From: an uncultured Gemmatimonadales bacterium
GTDB taxonomy: Bacteria > Gemmatimonadota > Gemmatimonadetes > Longimicrobiales > RSA9
DNA: 64,000 bases
Assembly: GCA_963798085.1 (NCBI GenBank)
Contig: CAWCRS010000007.1
Span: forward strand, 960,001 to 1,024,000
Reading direction: 5' to 3'
Shown: positions 61,276 to 64,000 of the stretch, one piece after another
Layout of the letters: each line of letters starts with the position of its first letter
Numbering within the stretch: the first letter of the stretch is position 1
Position numbers and translations under genes: made by a program
The notes under the pieces: model-generated
What the model was told of the DNA's origin: nothing
Database searches by the model: none
Seen by the model: the letters and a program-made list of their open reading frames with translations, nothing else

Positions 61276-62976
61276 ATGACGGGTCGCGGGCTCGATCACC
61301 GTTTTTCCTTCGAGAACTTCGTCGTGGGTGGCGCAAACCGGCTGGCGGCCGCGGCGGCCCGCCGTGTGGCGGAAGCACCGGGCAAGGCCTATAACCCGCT
61401 GTTTGTGTACGGCGCATCCGGGCTGGGCAAGACGCACCTGCTGCTGGCAATTGGTAATCAGGCGTTACGCCGGCAGCCTGCGCTGCGCGTGGTGTTCGAG
61501 ACGGTGGAGCGGGCCGTGCATCAGATGGCGCCCGCGGCAGACGAAACCGGTGAAATCCGCACCGCACAGCTGCTGCTGCTGGATGACGTGCAGTACCTGA
61601 CCGGCGACCGGCGCGCACAGGAGACGCTGCTGATCTGGTGGGACGAGCTGGCGTCGCGCGGCGCGCAGATCGTACTGGCGGGCGACCGGCCACCGACCGA
61701 AATCGATCGCCTCGATCACCACCTGCTCTCGCGCTTCGCCGCCGGGCTGGTCGCGGACGTGGGGCCGCCCGATTACGAGACGCGCATTGCGCTGGTGCAG
61801 CGCAAGGTGGAAGAGCGCGGACACGCGCTGCAGCCCGGTGTGGCCGACGCCATCGCGCGGGTTGCCTTCTCCAACGTGCGCGAGCTGCAGGGTGGACTCA
61901 ACCGCGTGATCGCGGCGCAGGAACTGGACGGCAATCCGGTGCGGCCGGAGGACATTCCCGGCCTGCTGGGTGTGGCCGCGGCGAGAGCGGACAGCGAAGA
62001 GTTCGATTCGTTCTTCGAGGAAGTCGCGGGCGCGGTCGCGGAAATCGCGACGCGCGTGACGCCCGAACAGCGTCTGGTGGATGCGATCCTGCGTTATGAG
62101 GGCGAAGGCTATCGCACGTTCCGCCTGGAAGTCGCGCTGCGCACACCGCCGGGCGAGCGCGAAGTCGTGGAGCTGGTCGAGCGCTACACCGCCGATGTCG
62201 AACGATTGCAGGCAATCGCCGCGGAGATCCGCAGCCTCGATGGCGATGCGCCCGAGCTGGCAAGGGCCGACCTGCTGCGCAATCCGGATCGCGTGCTGGA
62301 AGCCGAGACACTGGTGGCGCAGGTGCACGAGCGGCTGCGCCCGCTGCCCGAGCCGACGCCCGGGCCCGGTCTCGACAGCCTGGGACTGGACGAGGAGAGT
62401 CCCGCGCTCGATGCCGTGCGTGCCGTGGCGCGCAGGCCGGGCGCGCGACCCGGCCCGCTGTACGTGCGCGGAGAGCCCGGCTCGGGCAAGAGCGCGCTGC
62501 TGCACGCACTGGCGCGTGAAGTCCGGCGCGAGCTGCCCATGCTGCCTATTGCCGTGCTCGGCGCGCAGCAGATGGCAGGGGAAATCGAGGCGGCGATCAA
62601 CGCCCGGCATGCGGATGCATGGCGGGCGCGCTACCGTCGGGCCCGCCTGCTGGTGATCGACGACTTCGATCGCATGCATGCTGACAGCGCTGTTCGCGAC
62701 GAGCTGTTTTGCCTGTTCGACGGTGTGCGCCGCAGCGGCGGGCAGATCGTGCTCGCGGGCGTGCGCGACCCTGCGGCGAATGGCGGGGCCGACCGCCTGG
62801 GCGGCCTGGTGGCCGAGTCGGATGTCGCGGACATGAAGCCGGCCAGCACGGGGCTGGACGGTGGCCGCGCGGGCGGCGAGCCGGCTGACCTGCGCGACGT
62901 GTGGTTCCTGAACCGCGAGAAGTCGCTGCCCCGCTGGCCGTACATCGAGGACTGGCTCGTGACGGAGCTGGACTAA
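61276..62976 (+). CDS. Tandem DnaA/Hda-type AAA+ protein lacking DnaA domains I, II and IV
   Basis: Module 1: FSFENFVVG.ANRLA, YNPLFVYGASGLGKTHLL, LLLDDVQ, DRPP, SRF, NVRELQG. Module 2: PLYVRGEPGSGKS.LL.A, LLVIDD, ELF..FD, GGQIV. Confidence 0.85.
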   Translation: MTGRGLDHRFSFENFVVGGANRLAAAAARRVAEAPGKAYNPLFVYGASGLGKTHLLLAIGNQALRRQPALRVVFETVERAVHQMAPAADETGEIRTAQLLLLDDVQYLTGDRRAQETLLIWWDELASRGAQIVLAGDRPPTEIDRLDHHLLSRFAAGLVADVGPPDYETRIALVQRKVEERGHALQPGVADAIARVAFSNVRELQGGLNRVIAAQELDGNPVRPEDIPGLLGVAAARADSEEFDSFFEEVAGAVAEIATRVTPEQRLVDAILRYEGEGYRTFRLEVALRTPPGEREVVELVERYTADVERLQAIAAEIRSLDGDAPELARADLLRNPDRVLEAETLVAQVHERLRPLPEPTPGPGLDSLGLDEESPALDAVRAVARRPGARPGPLYVRGEPGSGKSALLHALAREVRRELPMLPIAVLGAQQMAGEIEAAINARHADAWRARYRRARLLVIDDFDRMHADSAVRDELFCLFDGVRRSGGQIVLAGVRDPAANGGADRLGGLVAESDVADMKPASTGLDGGRAGGEPADLRDVWFLNREKSLPRWPYIEDWLVTELD

Positions 62977-62977
62977 G

Positions 62978-64000
62978 ATGGCTATCAAGGGCGCGCTGCG
63001 CGAAGCCAGCCTCGCCGAGGTCTGCCAGCTGCTGGCGCTCGGGCTGAAGACGGGATGCCTTTCCGTCGCAGACCGCTCGCGCTTCGGCCAGATCTACTTC
63101 GATCGCGGCAAGATCACGTTCGCACGCATCGTCAACCGCCGCGACCGCCTGGGCGATCTGCTGATCGCTGATGGTGTGCTCGAGCCCGACCAGCTGGAAG
63201 AGCTGCTCAGCATACAATCGCGACATCCGGAACGACGCCTCGGCGAGCTGATGCTGGAGCGCGACCTGATCCAGGAGCCGGATCTGCAACGCTACATCCG
63301 CATGCAGATCGAGGAAGCCGTGTGCCATCTGTTCACCTGGACGCGCGGACACTTCTACTTCGAGGCCGGCGAAAAGCCCGATCCGCGTGAGACGCCCGTG
63401 CCCATGAACGCGGAGAGCCTGCTGCTCGAAGCCGCACGGCGGGTCAATGAGTGGAGCCTCATCCAGAAACGCATTCCCTCGCTCGAGCTGGTGTTCGAAG
63501 TCGATCGCGATCGGCTGGCCGCATCCACCGCGCAGCTGACGGAAGAACAGCGCGCCGTCGCCGAGCTGCTCGATGGCCGGCGCTCCGTGCATGACCTGAT
63601 GCGCCAGACAGGCCTGGGCGAGTTCGACGCGGGTAAGGCGCTGTTCGGGCTGGTGCAGGCAGGCTTCGCACGGCGTACGGGTCGCCAGACGGAAGGTCCG
63701 GAACGGCCCCGCGAATCGGAGATCCAGGAGCGGCACAACCTGGGCGTCGCGTTCTTCCGCTCGGGCATGCTGGACGATGCGGCGAGGGAATTCCGCCGCG
63801 TGCTCGAGATCGCTTCCGATGATCTGCGTTCACGGTTTCACCTCGCCATGATCTCAATGCGACAGGGCGAGTTCCGCGACGCGGCCCGCGAGCTGGTGCA
63901 GCTGGCGAGGCGGCACGGGCCGCGCTACCCCGTGATGGTGAACCTGGCCACTTCGTTCCGCCACATGGACCGGCTCGATGATGCGCTGTTAGCCCTGAGC
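62978..64000 (+). CDS. Second DUF4388-MshEN-wHTH-TPR protein (3'-partial; absent from the ORF track)
   Basis: My translation is open to the window end: MAIKGALREASLAEVCQLLALGLKTGCL...RLGDLLIADGVL....LEELLSIQ...LLLEAARRVNEW...HNLGVAFFRSG. Confidence 0.88.
   Translation, partial: MAIKGALREASLAEVCQLLALGLKTGCLSVADRSRFGQIYFDRGKITFARIVNRRDRLGDLLIADGVLEPDQLEELLSIQSRHPERRLGELMLERDLIQEPDLQRYIRMQIEEAVCHLFTWTRGHFYFEAGEKPDPRETPVPMNAESLLLEAARRVNEWSLIQKRIPSLELVFEVDRDRLAASTAQLTEEQRAVAELLDGRRSVHDLMRQTGLGEFDAGKALFGLVQAGFARRTGRQTEGPERPRESEIQERHNLGVAFFRSGMLDDAAREFRRVLEIASDDLRSRFHLAMISMRQGEFRDAARELVQLARRHGPRYPVMVNLATSFRHMDRLDDALLALS

Noticed and set aside
61276..62976. Canonical dnaA and a nearby oriC
   Set aside because: Domains I and IV are absent, there is no dnaN/recF/gyrB context, and I saw no AT-rich gap or DnaA-box cluster.
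5978..62988. Many long antisense or shadow ORFs (e.g. 5978..7918 +, 10566..12482 +, 27289..29277 +, 32415..33134 -, 47384..49630 -, 61465..62988 -)
   Set aside because: They lie opposite well-supported genes, carry no motifs, and are expected from stop-codon scarcity at high GC.

Overview
A high-GC bacterial chromosome segment. Gene content and order suggest Gemmatimonadota (inference). Several genes carry scattered 1-2 bp indels that look like long-read consensus errors. Left to right: (1) an outer-membrane beta-barrel gene and a secreted Gly/Tyr-rich protein; (2) a 4x[4Fe-4S]-NrfD/PsrC fusion and a Tat-less DMSO-reductase-family molybdoenzyme on the + strand, separated by a complete minus-strand group 1 [NiFe]-hydrogenase operon (small, large, cytochrome b, protease, hypABFCDE) whose HypA has no zinc finger; (3) a Rieske-FAD reductase, alpha-glucan phosphorylase, a membrane hydrolase, an MFP-TolC-2xRND efflux operon and a beta-propeller protein; (4) a histone H1-like protein, HD hydrolase, iodotyrosine-deiodinase-like flavoprotein, MBL hydrolase and GDPD; (5) a housekeeping run tilS-hpt-ftsH-folP-cdaA / yggS-divIVA-PNP-ileS-lspA-rluD; (6) the most unusual locus, a tightly coupled operon running off the window end: cheW-cheY-cheA-cheC, a large TPR protein, a DUF4388/MshEN protein, three Roadblock/MglB-type proteins, an MglA GTPase, a protein made of two DnaA-type AAA+ modules with no DNA-binding domain, and a second DUF4388/MshEN/TPR protein. 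I recognised no rRNA, tRNA, CRISPR array or transposase.
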